Below are positions 31,255 to 42,195 of a stretch of 64,000 nucleotides of DNA, in pieces (the first letter of the stretch is position 1; each line of letters opens with the position of its first letter). A model generated the notes under the pieces. It saw only the letters and a program-made list of their open reading frames with translations. It ran no database searches and had not been told where the DNA came from. This DNA comes from TPA_inf: Saccharomyces. Its lineage: Eukaryota. Where the stretch lies: contig BK006948.2 in assembly GCA_000146045.2 (NCBI GenBank), positions 448,001 to 512,000 of the forward strand, given 5' to 3'. Made by a program: the position numbers and the translations under genes.

Positions 31255-31450
31255 TTTTATTTTTTTTTTTTTTTATTTTTTTATTTTTTTTTGTTTTATA
31301 TAATTCCTCGCGCTGCCTTAATGATAATTCTTGATTTACTAATTGTTTCATGACTTCTGGTGCTAAAGGGAAGGGGGAAAAGGGAAGCGAAAACTTCAAG
31401 AGCAGAACGAAAAAAATAAAAAAAACAAAACAAAACAAAACAAAACAAAG
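31255..31450. repeat. Poly(dA:dT)-rich shared divergent promoter (TGL5 <-> WHI5): a T14/T7/T9 run followed by (CAAAA)5.
   Basis: Direct reading: 31261-31300 is almost pure T; 31425-31450 is aaCAAAACAAAACAAAACAAAACAAAg. Confidence 0.85.
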
Positions 31451-31532
31451 GCAAAACAAGGCAAAGAACCTGATGGAAGAAAGCACAACCAGATATTAAT
31501 AGCAACGAAAAATAGTAGAGACATTGAAGAAT

Positions 31533-32420
31533 ATGAGTTTGAGAACGCCGAAGAGAAGCAGGACTAGCGATGAACAAGAACAAGAACAAGAACAAGAGCA
31601 GGTACAGAACCCAGATACACATGTAAACAACGAGCATCAGCAGCGACCTGGGCCAACCACTCTATTGAGCACGCCAGTACGTCTCAAAAATGGCTTTGGA
31701 ACACCATCGCCGCCGTCACCACCAGGCATAACGAAAAGCATCACTAAATCGAGAAGAAGGCCGTCGACAACGAGTCTTCAGGGTATATTCATGTCGCCCG
31801 TCAATAAGCGTCGTGTCGGCATAACCGCACATGGACGTGTATATGACCATAACGACGACGGACACGAAAGTGAGAGTGAGGACGACGAAAATGAAGAAGA
31901 AAATGAAAATCAAAAGAAGTACGACGGACACGTTAGTATGCCTTTGTTGCCACCGACAACGCCCAAGTCAAGACGGTCGGAGGTGTTTCTGTCGCCGTCG
32001 CCGCGTTTGAGGTCACCTCCGACGGCTGCGCGTCGGTCTACGGGCGAGCGGCCCATCCGCGAAATATCACATACTTTGCGCACCAGGCTCAATTACGCGT
32101 TAGTCAAGCTGCAAAATGGATGGACGGACAAGACACTTCCCGAGCTGGAGACGGAGCTTGCTCCAGCAGTGCAGACGCCGCCACGTCGCTATCACAACAG
32201 ATTTCCAGATAGTGCAGACGCGGGTACTTCCGCGCATACAGCGTTTCTTCAGGCGCTCGGAGGCCACCCACCACGGGAGGAGGCCACGGCTGTCGAAACA
32301 CTGATGCTATTGTCGTCGCCTACCAAGAAGCAACAACACCGACCCGTGCCGGCGACATCTGCTGGAGAACCCACGGACGAAACGGAGCCCGAGTCGGATA
32401 CCGAAGTGGAGACGTCTTAA
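31533..32420 (+). CDS. WHI5: Whi5, the repressor of G1/S (SBF) transcription.
   Basis: MSLRTPKRSRTSDEQEQEQ..., 295 aa from the Met at 31533, with many S/T-P sites (TPKSRRS, SPSPRLRSPP). Recognised as YOR083W. Confidence 0.85.
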   Translation: MSLRTPKRSRTSDEQEQEQEQEQVQNPDTHVNNEHQQRPGPTTLLSTPVRLKNGFGTPSPPSPPGITKSITKSRRRPSTTSLQGIFMSPVNKRRVGITAHGRVYDHNDDGHESESEDDENEEENENQKKYDGHVSMPLLPPTTPKSRRSEVFLSPSPRLRSPPTAARRSTGERPIREISHTLRTRLNYALVKLQNGWTDKTLPELETELAPAVQTPPRRYHNRFPDSADAGTSAHTAFLQALGGHPPREEATAVETLMLLSSPTKKQQHRPVPATSAGEPTDETEPESDTEVETS

Positions 32421-32586
32421 TGTGGTAGTACGAGTTTTTTCTCCGCAATCTCGGAGTTAGTGCAGCCGCGCCCGCTGCTGCACCCTTTAGCATATATATA
32501 AAGTGCGTAATGTGCGTGCTAAAAAAGCTCACTAGTGCGTACTCTGCTTATCTCTGCGTATCCGCCGATCAACATCCGCGGCTAAA

Positions 32587-33750
32587 ATGGAACAGAACAG
32601 GTTCAAGAAAGAAACGAAAACTTGTAGCGCTAGCTGGCCGCGCGCACCGCAGTCGACGCTGTGTGCGACAGATCGCCTCGAGCTCACATACGATGTGTAC
32701 ACTAGCGCAGAGCGGCAACGCCGCTCTCGCACTGCCACTAGGCTTAACCTTGTGTTTTTGCACGGCAGCGGCATGAGTAAGGTGGTATGGGAGTACTATT
32801 TGCCGCGTCTGGTAGCCGCCGATGCGGAGGGCAATTATGCCATCGACAAGGTTTTGTTGATCGACCAGGTTAACCACGGTGATTCTGCGGTACGCAACCG
32901 CGGCAGACTCGGCACCAATTTCAACTGGATCGACGGGGCCCGCGACGTGCTCAAGATTGCCACATGCGAGTTGGGCAGTATTGACAGCCACCCGGCACTA
33001 AACGTAGTCATCGGCCACTCGATGGGCGGGTTCCAGGCTCTTGCGTGTGACGTCCTGCAGCCCAATCTGTTTCATTTGCTCATCTTGATCGAGCCTGTAG
33101 TAATCACACGGAAAGCCATCGGCGCCGGGAGGCCAGGGCTTCCGCCCGATTCTCCGCAGATCCCAGAAAATCTTTATAACTCCCTACGTTTAAAGACGTG
33201 CGACCATTTCGCTAACGAGTCCGAATATGTAAAATATATGAGGAACGGTTCCTTTTTTACCAATGCGCACAGCCAAATCCTGCAAAACATCATCGATTTT
33301 GAGAGGACAAAAGCCTCTGGAGACGATGAAGATGGTGGACCCGTTCGCACGAAGATGGAGCAGGCTCAAAATCTCCTCTGCTACATGAACATGCAGACTT
33401 TTGCGCCTTTCCTGATCAGCAATGTGAAGTTTGTGAGGAAGCGGACTATCCACATTGTGGGCGCGCGCTCCAACTGGTGTCCTCCGCAAAATCAGCTGTT
33501 TTTGCAGAAAACTCTACAGAACTACCATCTCGATGTCATTCCCGGCGGCTCCCACTTGGTCAACGTTGAGGCTCCGGACCTGGTGATCGAGAGGATTAAT
33601 CACCACATCCACGAGTTTGTCCTTACCTCCCCGCTGCAGTCCTCACACATTCCGCAATTGACCCTTGAAGAAAGAGCGGTGATGTTTGACCGGGCTTTCG
33701 ACTCGTTCAAGAATGAAGCTTTGGTTAAAACGACTAAACAAAAACTGTAA
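32587..33750 (+). CDS. LPX1: Peroxisomal alpha/beta-hydrolase lipase with a C-terminal PTS1.
   Basis: 387-aa ORF. The nucleophile motif GHSMGG and the C-terminal tripeptide -QKL (a PTS1) are seen in the translation. Confidence 0.9.
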   Translation: MEQNRFKKETKTCSASWPRAPQSTLCATDRLELTYDVYTSAERQRRSRTATRLNLVFLHGSGMSKVVWEYYLPRLVAADAEGNYAIDKVLLIDQVNHGDSAVRNRGRLGTNFNWIDGARDVLKIATCELGSIDSHPALNVVIGHSMGGFQALACDVLQPNLFHLLILIEPVVITRKAIGAGRPGLPPDSPQIPENLYNSLRLKTCDHFANESEYVKYMRNGSFFTNAHSQILQNIIDFERTKASGDDEDGGPVRTKMEQAQNLLCYMNMQTFAPFLISNVKFVRKRTIHIVGARSNWCPPQNQLFLQKTLQNYHLDVIPGGSHLVNVEAPDLVIERINHHIHEFVLTSPLQSSHIPQLTLEERAVMFDRAFDSFKNEALVKTTKQKL

Positions 33751-34032
33751 ACACTTGTGTACACTATTACATATATTATTCAATAATAATTAACTGACGC
33801 AATCTATGGCACTGGCGTGGTTTCTTTTTCTTTTGTTTTCCGTGCAAGCGCGATGCAACTATATCGTCGAGGACGAATGTGTACCCGTCTTTCCGCCAGA
33901 CAGGTAACAAGTACTTCAATTGACTTAGAAGAAAAACATTAAGGAACTTTAACGTAGGAGCAACACAATACCAGGCACACGCTCTTCGAACACTGAACCA
34001 CACGCGTCCGCATCAAACTCTTCCTCCCAAAC

Positions 34033-35085
34033 ATGAATTGGCTGTTTTTGGTCTCGCTGGTTTTCTTCTGCGGCGTGTCAACCCATCCTGCCCTGGCAAT
34101 GTCCAGCAACAGACTACTAAAGCTGGCTAATAAATCTCCCAAGAAAATTATACCTCTGAAGGACTCAAGTTTTGAAAACATCTTGGCACCACCTCACGAA
34201 AATGCCTATATAGTTGCTCTGTTTACTGCCACAGCGCCCGAAATTGGCTGTTCTCTGTGTCTCGAGCTAGAATCCGAATACGACACCATAGTGGCCTCCT
34301 GGTTTGATGATCATCCGGATGCAAAATCGTCCAATTCCGATACATCTATTTTCTTCACAAAGGTCAATTTGGAGGACCCTTCTAAGACCATTCCTAAAGC
34401 GTTCCAGTTTTTCCAACTAAACAATGTTCCTAGATTGTTCATCTTCAAACCAAACTCTCCCTCTATTCTGGACCACAGCGTGATCAGTATTTCCACTGAT
34501 ACTGGCTCAGAAAGAATGAAGCAAATCATACAAGCCATTAAGCAGTTCTCGCAAGTAAACGACTTCTCTTTACACTTACCTATGGACTGGACTCCAATTA
34601 TTACCTCGACAATAATTACCTTCATCACCGTCTTACTCTTCAAAAAGCAGTCCAAACTCATGTTCTCCATCATATCTTCCAGGATCATCTGGGCAACCTT
34701 GTCAACTTTTTTCATCATTTGCATGATCAGTGCCTATATGTTCAACCAAATCAGGAATACCCAATTGGCAGGCGTTGGTCCTAAGGGCGAGGTTATGTAT
34801 TTCTTGCCCAATGAATTCCAACACCAATTCGCCATTGAAACTCAAGTCATGGTTCTTATTTACGGAACATTGGCCGCGTTGGTTGTCGTATTGGTCAAGG
34901 GTATACAATTCTTGCGGTCTCATTTGTATCCAGAGACCAAGAAAGCGTACTTCATTGATGCTATTTTGGCCTCCTTTTGTGCCTTATTCATTTATGTCTT
35001 CTTTGCTGCTTTGACAACCGTGTTCACGATAAAGAGTCCTGCTTACCCTTTTCCTTTACTAAGGTTATCGGCACCATTCAAATAA
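34033..35085 (+). CDS. OST3: Oligosaccharyltransferase subunit Ost3 (lumenal thioredoxin-like domain plus 4 TM).
   Basis: 350-aa ORF with a signal peptide, a CxxC motif (CSLC) and C-terminal multi-TM segments. Confidence 0.9.
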   Translation: MNWLFLVSLVFFCGVSTHPALAMSSNRLLKLANKSPKKIIPLKDSSFENILAPPHENAYIVALFTATAPEIGCSLCLELESEYDTIVASWFDDHPDAKSSNSDTSIFFTKVNLEDPSKTIPKAFQFFQLNNVPRLFIFKPNSPSILDHSVISISTDTGSERMKQIIQAIKQFSQVNDFSLHLPMDWTPIITSTIITFITVLLFKKQSKLMFSIISSRIIWATLSTFFIICMISAYMFNQIRNTQLAGVGPKGEVMYFLPNEFQHQFAIETQVMVLIYGTLAALVVVLVKGIQFLRSHLYPETKKAYFIDAILASFCALFIYVFFAALTTVFTIKSPAYPFPLLRLSAPFK

Positions 35086-35218
35086 GTCAGTTTTTTTTTT
35101 TGTTTTCACCATAACAAAGAGATGGAAAGTTATACTAGATAAAGATTTTTAAAAAATATAAAAGAAAATAAAACGAAATTTATATTTTACACAGTGCATC
35201 TTGTCCCTCTCTTTCTCG

Positions 35219-38200
35219 CTAAAACTTAGTTTCTTCTTCGCCCATCTCATGATTCTTCTTATGGTTTGTGAGGCTGCCTAGTCCACCGAATACCCCTTTC
35301 TTGATCTTGCCAATGGCACCAACACCGCCGCCTATCACGGTCGTACCAGCTTTCAAACCAGTACCTAGTCCCTTGGATGCTATATCTCCGACCTTCTTTT
35401 CTCTTTTACTCACGCTAATGGTGTATCTTGGCTTAAAGCTGAAAGCTAAATGCAACATACCACCGTCTTGACCAGCGTTCTCTAATCCTTCTACCGGTAC
35501 GTCTAATTCGGTAGTACCCTCGACTTTGACCTTATTCAATGGGATTTCTGCTGTACCAATGGTATCATCCGCAGATGTGGAATCCCAGTCCATGACTTTG
35601 ATTCTTAGAACATCATTTAAACGGTTATTGATTTGAATAGTTCCTTCATCATTCCATTTAGGATTCAAAGTTTTCTTAACAACCTTCGTCTTGTAAGCGC
35701 AGTCTTCCTCATTATTGATGTAATACTTTAAGTATGGGTCCGAATAACCATTTAAATCGGATGCTATCAAGTTTTCTGCACTCCTCGACATAATCGTCAA
35801 ATCACCAGAATTTGTGATCAGGTCATTTGCCGGCAACTGTTTTGTATCAATAGGGAACCATGATATTTGGAGCATTAGTTTAGCACTGCCTTCACCTGAA
35901 AGATGTAATATTGATGGCTTATAATAACAGTTCTTAACTAACTCTTGTGTGGGTAGTTCTACTTCACAAACGCATTTCTCCACTCTGTTGTAGTTTTTAT
36001 TTTTAGCAACTCTAAAAGTGGTAATGGATTTGTCCAATTCTTTTATGATCACGTCACCTGACCAACCATTCTTGACAATTCTCGATGGAATACGTGGACT
36101 AACAAATCTTGGATGACCATTATCATCGAAAAACGCTTGGACGTATAGCCCAGAGTCGGGCAATTCCCCATTAAGGACAGTGACAGCAAGAACACCTTGG
36201 TTGTATTGCAATAATTCTGGCAAATCCAATTTCTGTCTATTACTATACATGTCTTCCAATTCTTTGACCTCATTCCATTCTTGATCAAATTTGGCTTTGT
36301 CTTCTTTAGAAATTTTTTTCTCATCAATTGCTGACTTACGCAGTTCCAATGCTTTTTTCTTTTTGTTAACTTTATCTAAATCTTGGATTTCCTCTAACGT
36401 TAAAACAGGTAAAGCGGGATAAAAGGAGGTATAGTATGTTATAGTGCCCTTAGGTTTTTTCTTAGGCATCACTAGACGACCAACTTTAGCTTTTTCATCA
36501 ATAGTTTCCTCATATTTATCATTCTCATCCTTCTTAAATAAATCTTGAACGTTAACATTGAATTCACCAAGTGAACGATCTTTGTTGACTGTTTCGACAT
36601 CCATACATTGAAGCGTAATTCTTTGGTTTGGTGAAGTAACTGCAACATAAATAACTTGATTCCAGACAGGATTCAAAGTTTGGCTCTTGAAATCAGTTCT
36701 ACCCTTCGATAAACCATTAACCAAAACTTTACAGTATGGATCAATGGTACCAAACTTTTCCAAATTTCTCAAATCGTTTGCCTTCTCAATGAATACTCTG
36801 ATGGCGCCAATTGGTGGCGTGTAAGCTACAGAGTTGGAACCAATCTCCAGTCTAACAGGTCTCCAATATGTGGTAATCTTTATGTCACCCTTTTGGTTTT
36901 TTAATGGAATCAAATTTTTGTTCACTTGGCTTCTATCTATTAAATCATTCAGGGTTTGAATGGTAGATCCAATTTCTTCTCCTTTGCCATCCTTGACGAC
37001 AAACTTATATCTTGTTTTACGACGATCTGCAATAACTGCTTCGTAGTCTGAATTCCACTTCAATGTACCAGTGTCAGTTGCCTTACCAGTGGTTAACACT
37101 AGTTTAGCATTCAAGTAAACTTCAACGTAGGCAGTAACCTTCTGTTCTTCTTCAGCAAAACGAGAACCTTCTTCGACCACAACTTTAGCAATACCAGTAT
37201 TCAAATCCGGTAGTTCCTCCACAGATCCATCCGGCAACTTTTTCTCTTCTAAAGTTGGGAAGAATCTTAAATCAAAAGTCAATTCCCCAACCGGTTTAGA
37301 GTTTCTTAAAAACTGAGCTTTCAAGTTTCTTTGCGTGGTTTTATCATGTAAAGTATTCAAGTTGTACTGAATTCTGCCTAGGACTTTATCCTTCAATTTT
37401 GCACGCTTATCATAAACACTAATGGTCAAGGGGTCAGTGAATGAGTTTAACAAGACGTACAGAGTTTCGTCCCAAACGGGGTTCAATGTGTCTCTTACGG
37501 TTCTTGTCTTGGCAATAGATATATCGTTAAATTCGAAAGATAAGTAAGGGTCGATTGATTCGTTCAATATCGAAGAGGTACGTTTTAGCCCCTTTGCATT
37601 TTTGACAGTTATTTCTAATATACCAATGGACAAGTTGGAACCAGATAAGAGTTGTGGAATGTTCAATTGTAAAGAAAATGGAGGTAACAAGATTGGACCC
37701 ATATATTTCTTGGCCATCTTTTGTATTAGTGTCATAAGGCCTGGGATAGCTAAAATTTCCCAATTGAAGATGGAACGGCCGAATAAGGTAGCAACAAAAT
37801 CAAAATCAGGAACCTTCAGTAGCTGGATATTAACAGTTTCGACATGAGGGAAGGGAGTCATCAATTTGAATTTCACTCTAGCATGAGCCTTGAAAGCAAT
37901 GTCTGACACAGAAACAGGGATGGTGATACCAAAAATTTTGGCCTTAACAACCGCTAATTCATTAACGTAATTTCTGACTTGCTTAGCACTCATGTCGCAT
38001 AAATCGTGAGGAGTAAAAGAAATACCCCAGTCCATCACAACAACATCGGATGCAGTGTTTTGGAAAGTCTTCACCAAATCAACTCTGGGGGGTTTAACAC
38101 CAAGTGTCAACTCATCGATCCATAGTTGAGTAATAAATTTGGGAATCGCCTCATTAGTAGCCATTTGTTCATTAGCTTGCTGAACGATTAATTGACTAAC

Positions 38201-38779
38201 GGAAGGTTCTAAAATGGGCCAGTACTTATCCAAAAAGGCATTCAACCATTCTAGGGATTCATAGTCGTTTTCCACTTTCTGCACCGTGAACTCTTTCTGG
38301 ACTAACTCTCTTATGGAACCTCTGTATTTTTTAGCAGAGGTTCTATACAACAATGAAGTGATAACGATGACAAAAAAGGCCGACCCCATTGAAAACTTAT
38401 AATGACCAAGTGCAAATGATGCCACGCCTCCGATAAAGAAAATGGCTACCGAATGATACCAGTCACCGTAAAGGCTGTCCGGTATGATGTTATCTAAGAA
38501 GGTTTCTCTAGTCATATCCATCAATTCATCATCTAAAGTTAATTCGTCTTTGTCTTCCCAGCCACCAATCTGTTTCCAGCCGACATAAGAAGCTTCATGG
38601 ATACTTCTCTTGAAGCTTTCATCACTAGCATGTGCCGCCTTCTCAGATGACACGCTTTTACTGGATTCGGTTTCCTCTTTCGTCTTTGGAGGTTCTAACT
38701 TATCTATCCCATTTATGTTAGCTACTTGGGCTGTTTCGGGCTTCTTTGGTGCTGTTACCCCAGTATCTTCTTTGGCCAT
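35219..38779 (-). CDS. TCB1: Tricalbin (extended-synaptotagmin-like; SMP plus multiple C2 domains) with an N-terminal membrane anchor.
   Basis: Translation gives 1186 aa from the Met at 38779 (the track shows 1192 from an upstream Met). There are repeated C2-domain-like segments (…LNPVWDE…, …LNPVWNQ…, …LNPKWND…) and an N-terminal hydrophobic hairpin. Confidence 0.85.
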   Translation of the reverse strand: MAKEDTGVTAPKKPETAQVANINGIDKLEPPKTKEETESSKSVSSEKAAHASDESFKRSIHEASYVGWKQIGGWEDKDELTLDDELMDMTRETFLDNIIPDSLYGDWYHSVAIFFIGGVASFALGHYKFSMGSAFFVIVITSLLYRTSAKKYRGSIRELVQKEFTVQKVENDYESLEWLNAFLDKYWPILEPSVSQLIVQQANEQMATNEAIPKFITQLWIDELTLGVKPPRVDLVKTFQNTASDVVVMDWGISFTPHDLCDMSAKQVRNYVNELAVVKAKIFGITIPVSVSDIAFKAHARVKFKLMTPFPHVETVNIQLLKVPDFDFVATLFGRSIFNWEILAIPGLMTLIQKMAKKYMGPILLPPFSLQLNIPQLLSGSNLSIGILEITVKNAKGLKRTSSILNESIDPYLSFEFNDISIAKTRTVRDTLNPVWDETLYVLLNSFTDPLTISVYDKRAKLKDKVLGRIQYNLNTLHDKTTQRNLKAQFLRNSKPVGELTFDLRFFPTLEEKKLPDGSVEELPDLNTGIAKVVVEEGSRFAEEEQKVTAYVEVYLNAKLVLTTGKATDTGTLKWNSDYEAVIADRRKTRYKFVVKDGKGEEIGSTIQTLNDLIDRSQVNKNLIPLKNQKGDIKITTYWRPVRLEIGSNSVAYTPPIGAIRVFIEKANDLRNLEKFGTIDPYCKVLVNGLSKGRTDFKSQTLNPVWNQVIYVAVTSPNQRITLQCMDVETVNKDRSLGEFNVNVQDLFKKDENDKYEETIDEKAKVGRLVMPKKKPKGTITYYTSFYPALPVLTLEEIQDLDKVNKKKKALELRKSAIDEKKISKEDKAKFDQEWNEVKELEDMYSNRQKLDLPELLQYNQGVLAVTVLNGELPDSGLYVQAFFDDNGHPRFVSPRIPSRIVKNGWSGDVIIKELDKSITTFRVAKNKNYNRVEKCVCEVELPTQELVKNCYYKPSILHLSGEGSAKLMLQISWFPIDTKQLPANDLITNSGDLTIMSRSAENLIASDLNGYSDPYLKYYINNEEDCAYKTKVVKKTLNPKWNDEGTIQINNRLNDVLRIKVMDWDSTSADDTIGTAEIPLNKVKVEGTTELDVPVEGLENAGQDGGMLHLAFSFKPRYTISVSKREKKVGDIASKGLGTGLKAGTTVIGGGVGAIGKIKKGVFGGLGSLTNHKKNHEMGEEETKF

Positions 38780-39438
38780 ATTGTATGTACCACGCAATTG
38801 AAGTTTTCAGAATGCACTAGCTATCTTTTTTTATCTTAGCTATTCTTCTTCAATTATCCTACTTATTCTTCAGCAAAAAAAAAATAATAAGCTAAGACAA
38901 TGCTATACAAGTCAATTACCAGCCAGTAAGTCCAAATTGGAGTAGCCAATGCTATTAGTTGATAATTTTGACGGCCGATTATACTATTCCAATTGCAGCA
39001 ACATCCCTGTCCCTTAGCTTTTTGAGGGGCCTTTTGTTATAATTTTTCATGCAGCATTCCGGTCGCCAAAGTTGTTATCACTTCTAACGTAAATCGTTTT
39101 CTCGTTATGTCCGCTATTTTAGAATGAGAATAATGGATAAAATTGGCCTAAAAAGGGAGCGAGTATAACGTTACTGAGATACAATTGTACATTTTGCCAT
39201 GGAAATGAGCCAACTAGTCTAATGAGATTTTCAATGCTTTATTTCTTTTTTTAGTTTCTCATTTTATTGTTTCTCTAGTTATTAGTCCTTTGGTTATTTT
39301 TATGTCACCACCTCTTGTCACATGACCATTTTTGTTACTTGCTTGGTTTTACAATGATTTATACATTCTTGGGCCTCTCTTGACATATTTTTATCGTCAT
39401 AATAAGTTCTTCATTCGTTCTCTAAAACAACAAAGTTA

Positions 39439-39512
39439 GACTCCATGGCCAAGTTGGTTAAGGCGTGCGACTGTTAATCGCAAGATCGTGAGTTCAACCC
39501 TCACTGGGGTCG
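39439..39512 (+). tRNA. tRNA-Asn (anticodon GUU), intronless.
   Basis: GACTCCATGGCCAAGTTGGTTAAGGCGTGCGACTGTTAATCGCAAGATCGTGAGTTCAACCCTCACTGGGGTCG: a cloverleaf with anticodon GTT and a B box GGTTCAACCC(T). Confidence 0.9.
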
Positions 39513-39706
39513 TTAATTTTTTAATTTTTCTCCTACACTGTTGCTATGTCGGAGTTATCTCATAAGAGCTGAAAATATGTGGTAAATTTAGTCAGTATCC
39601 TTCGAGGATCAGCTAGAGCCTATTCAATGCAATTGTCATTAATCAGTGGCTTGGTAAGGCAATAGAATTCAGTTATAAAATATAATATTACTAGAACAGG
39701 AGCATT

Positions 39707-41734
39707 ATGGTATCAGCCAACGGCGACTTGCACTTGCCAATTTCTAACGAACAGTGCATGCCGGAAAACAATGGATCTCTTGGATTTGAGGCCCCCACTC
39801 CGAGACAGATTCTCAGGGTTACGTTAAATTTGAAATACTTAATTGATAAGGTCGTACCTATTGTTTACGATCCCAATGATATTGTTTGTGACCATTCTGA
39901 GATTTTATCTCCAAAAGTTGTGAAGCTGGCTTATGAAGCATGTGGCGGGAACCCTAAAGACAAGGCCAACAAAAGAAAATATCAATCTGTCATTATTTTT
40001 TCACTTCTTAAAGTTTGTGAGTGGTATTCCATATTGGCCACTATGGAAGTGCACAATGCCAAACTTTACGAAACCAGAAATTTAGCCTCACAACAGTTAT
40101 GTAAATTGTTAATTGAAAGGGAGGAGACAAGAGACCTGCAGTTTCTTTTCATGCAGTTACTGCTGCGTCGGTACGTAATCAACGAGAACGATGAAGATCA
40201 AGAACCGTTGAATGCCTTGGAACTTGCCACAGATATGCACTGTACTACAGTGATAGGATCGAGTGGATTTCAGCGTTGTTTAAAATGGATATGGAGAGGA
40301 TGGATAGTCCAAAATGGCTTGGATCCCACAACTTTTATCAAGGACGATTCACTGGCGGAAGTGTCATTGATCTCTCATTTCAACCCCGTAAGATTAAAGG
40401 CGCCTGTATACCAAAATTATTTGCAGATGATCTTCTCATTTTTGTTTCTAGGGCTTTATACCTTGGTGGTTAATGGTAAGGACTCTGAGAGAGTCCAATC
40501 TTTCGATTTGTTAGAAAGCATATTTTATGTTTTCAATACTGGTTTCATCTTGGATGAGCTCACTAAGCTTTATTATATTGGTTATGCGCACCTATCGTTT
40601 TGGAATTTATTTAATGATACCACATATTTGATAATCACGTTTGCTATGGGGTTCCGTGCAATGAGCGTAACGCCCCTTAATGCAAAATACTCTTCAGAAG
40701 ATTGGGATAAAATATCATATAGAGTCTTATCCTGTGCAGCACCATTTGTGTGGTCGAGACTCCTACTATACCTTGAATCACAAAGGTTTATTGGGATTAT
40801 GTTGGTTATCCTAAAACATATGATGAAAGAATCCATTGTATTTTTCTTCCTTCTATTCTTAATAATGATAGGATTCACTCAAGGTTTCTTAGGTTTGGAT
40901 TCCGCAGATGGTAAGAGAGATATCACCGGACCCATCCTGGGTAATTTAACAATCACCGTTTTGGGTCTTGGTAGTTTTGATGTTTTCGAAGAATTCGCTC
41001 CCCCATATGCGGCAATACTGTATTATGGTTACTATTTTATTGTTTCGGTTATCCTTTTGAATATATTAATTGCTTTGTATTCGACTGCGTACCAAAAAGT
41101 TATTGACAATGCAGATGACGAGTACATGGCTTTGATGTCACAAAAGACGTTGAGATACATTAGAGCACCTGATGAAGATGTCTATGTTTCTCCATTGAAC
41201 TTAATTGAAGTGTTCATGACACCTATCTTTCGTATTCTTCCACCGAAGCGTGCTAAAGATTTGAGCTATACTGTAATGACAATAGTGTACAGCCCATTTT
41301 TGTTGCTTATTTCTGTTAAAGAAACTCGGGAGGCTAGAAGGATAAAATATAACAGGATGAAAAGGTTAAACGATGATGCCAATGAATATGATACTCCATG
41401 GGATTTGACAGATGGCTACTTGGATGATGATGACGGTTTGTTTTCTGATAACCGAAATTCTGGCATGAGAGCCACCCAGTTAAAGAATTCCCGTTCGCTA
41501 AAACTGCAAAGAACAGCAGAGCAGGAAGATGTCCATTTTAAAGTCCCTAAGAAGTGGTATAAAAACGTTAAAAAATGCAGTCCCTCCTTCGAACAGTATG
41601 ATAACGATGACACTGAAGATGATGCTGGTGAAGATAAAGATGAAGTCAAAGAGCTCACTAAGAAAGTGGAAAACTTGACAGCTGTAATTACCGATCTACT
41701 CGAAAAATTAGACATAAAGGATAAGAAAGAGTAA
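39707..41734 (+). CDS. YVC1: Vacuolar TRP-family cation channel.
   Basis: 675-aa ORF with 6 TM segments in the central region and an acidic C-terminal tail (DDDDGLFSD). Recognised as YVC1 (YOR087W). Confidence 0.85.
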   Translation: MVSANGDLHLPISNEQCMPENNGSLGFEAPTPRQILRVTLNLKYLIDKVVPIVYDPNDIVCDHSEILSPKVVKLAYEACGGNPKDKANKRKYQSVIIFSLLKVCEWYSILATMEVHNAKLYETRNLASQQLCKLLIEREETRDLQFLFMQLLLRRYVINENDEDQEPLNALELATDMHCTTVIGSSGFQRCLKWIWRGWIVQNGLDPTTFIKDDSLAEVSLISHFNPVRLKAPVYQNYLQMIFSFLFLGLYTLVVNGKDSERVQSFDLLESIFYVFNTGFILDELTKLYYIGYAHLSFWNLFNDTTYLIITFAMGFRAMSVTPLNAKYSSEDWDKISYRVLSCAAPFVWSRLLLYLESQRFIGIMLVILKHMMKESIVFFFLLFLIMIGFTQGFLGLDSADGKRDITGPILGNLTITVLGLGSFDVFEEFAPPYAAILYYGYYFIVSVILLNILIALYSTAYQKVIDNADDEYMALMSQKTLRYIRAPDEDVYVSPLNLIEVFMTPIFRILPPKRAKDLSYTVMTIVYSPFLLLISVKETREARRIKYNRMKRLNDDANEYDTPWDLTDGYLDDDDGLFSDNRNSGMRATQLKNSRSLKLQRTAEQEDVHFKVPKKWYKNVKKCSPSFEQYDNDDTEDDAGEDKDEVKELTKKVENLTAVITDLLEKLDIKDKKE

Positions 41735-41778
41735 ACGACATGTGTTCAAATACTGCTTAATTAATTTCTCAGAAATCC

Positions 41779-41796
41779 ATATATATATATATATAT
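41779..41796. repeat. (AT)9 dinucleotide microsatellite in the YVC1 3' flank.
   Basis: Direct reading: atatatatatatatatat. Confidence 0.9.
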
Positions 41797-42195
41797 TGCT
41801 CCTCATTGCAACTTTGTAAATTTAATGTTCCTTTAATTTATCATTATTTACAATATTAACTAATCCATCTCCCGATTTTCGGCATAAAATAAGTTTATAT
41901 TTTGGTCTACATGAAAACAAAAGTTTAACTAAACTAACGTGTACAAACCACTTTGAAACGTATATAAAGGTCTAATAAAAACGACTGGCGTTTTGAAAGA
42001 TAATATAATGATCTAATGCAGTTAAAAAATTTACAAATTATAAGAAGAAAAGAAAAACAACGATTACGGTAAAAAATGAAAACTCCCTCTCCTTTCTAGG
42101 TACGATAAATTATGACTTTCATCTTTCCCGTTTTGAAGATCTATTTATCTCAATTTGCCCAGACTTTTTTTTTATATATATTTATTTTCCCCTCT

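Noticed and set aside
31296-31637. A 113-aa minus-strand ORF overlapping the WHI5 start and the poly-T promoter tract (it would correspond to a 'dubious' ORF).
   Set aside because: Its translation is dominated by poly-Phe/Leu derived from reading the poly(dA:dT) tract. It is not credible as a protein.
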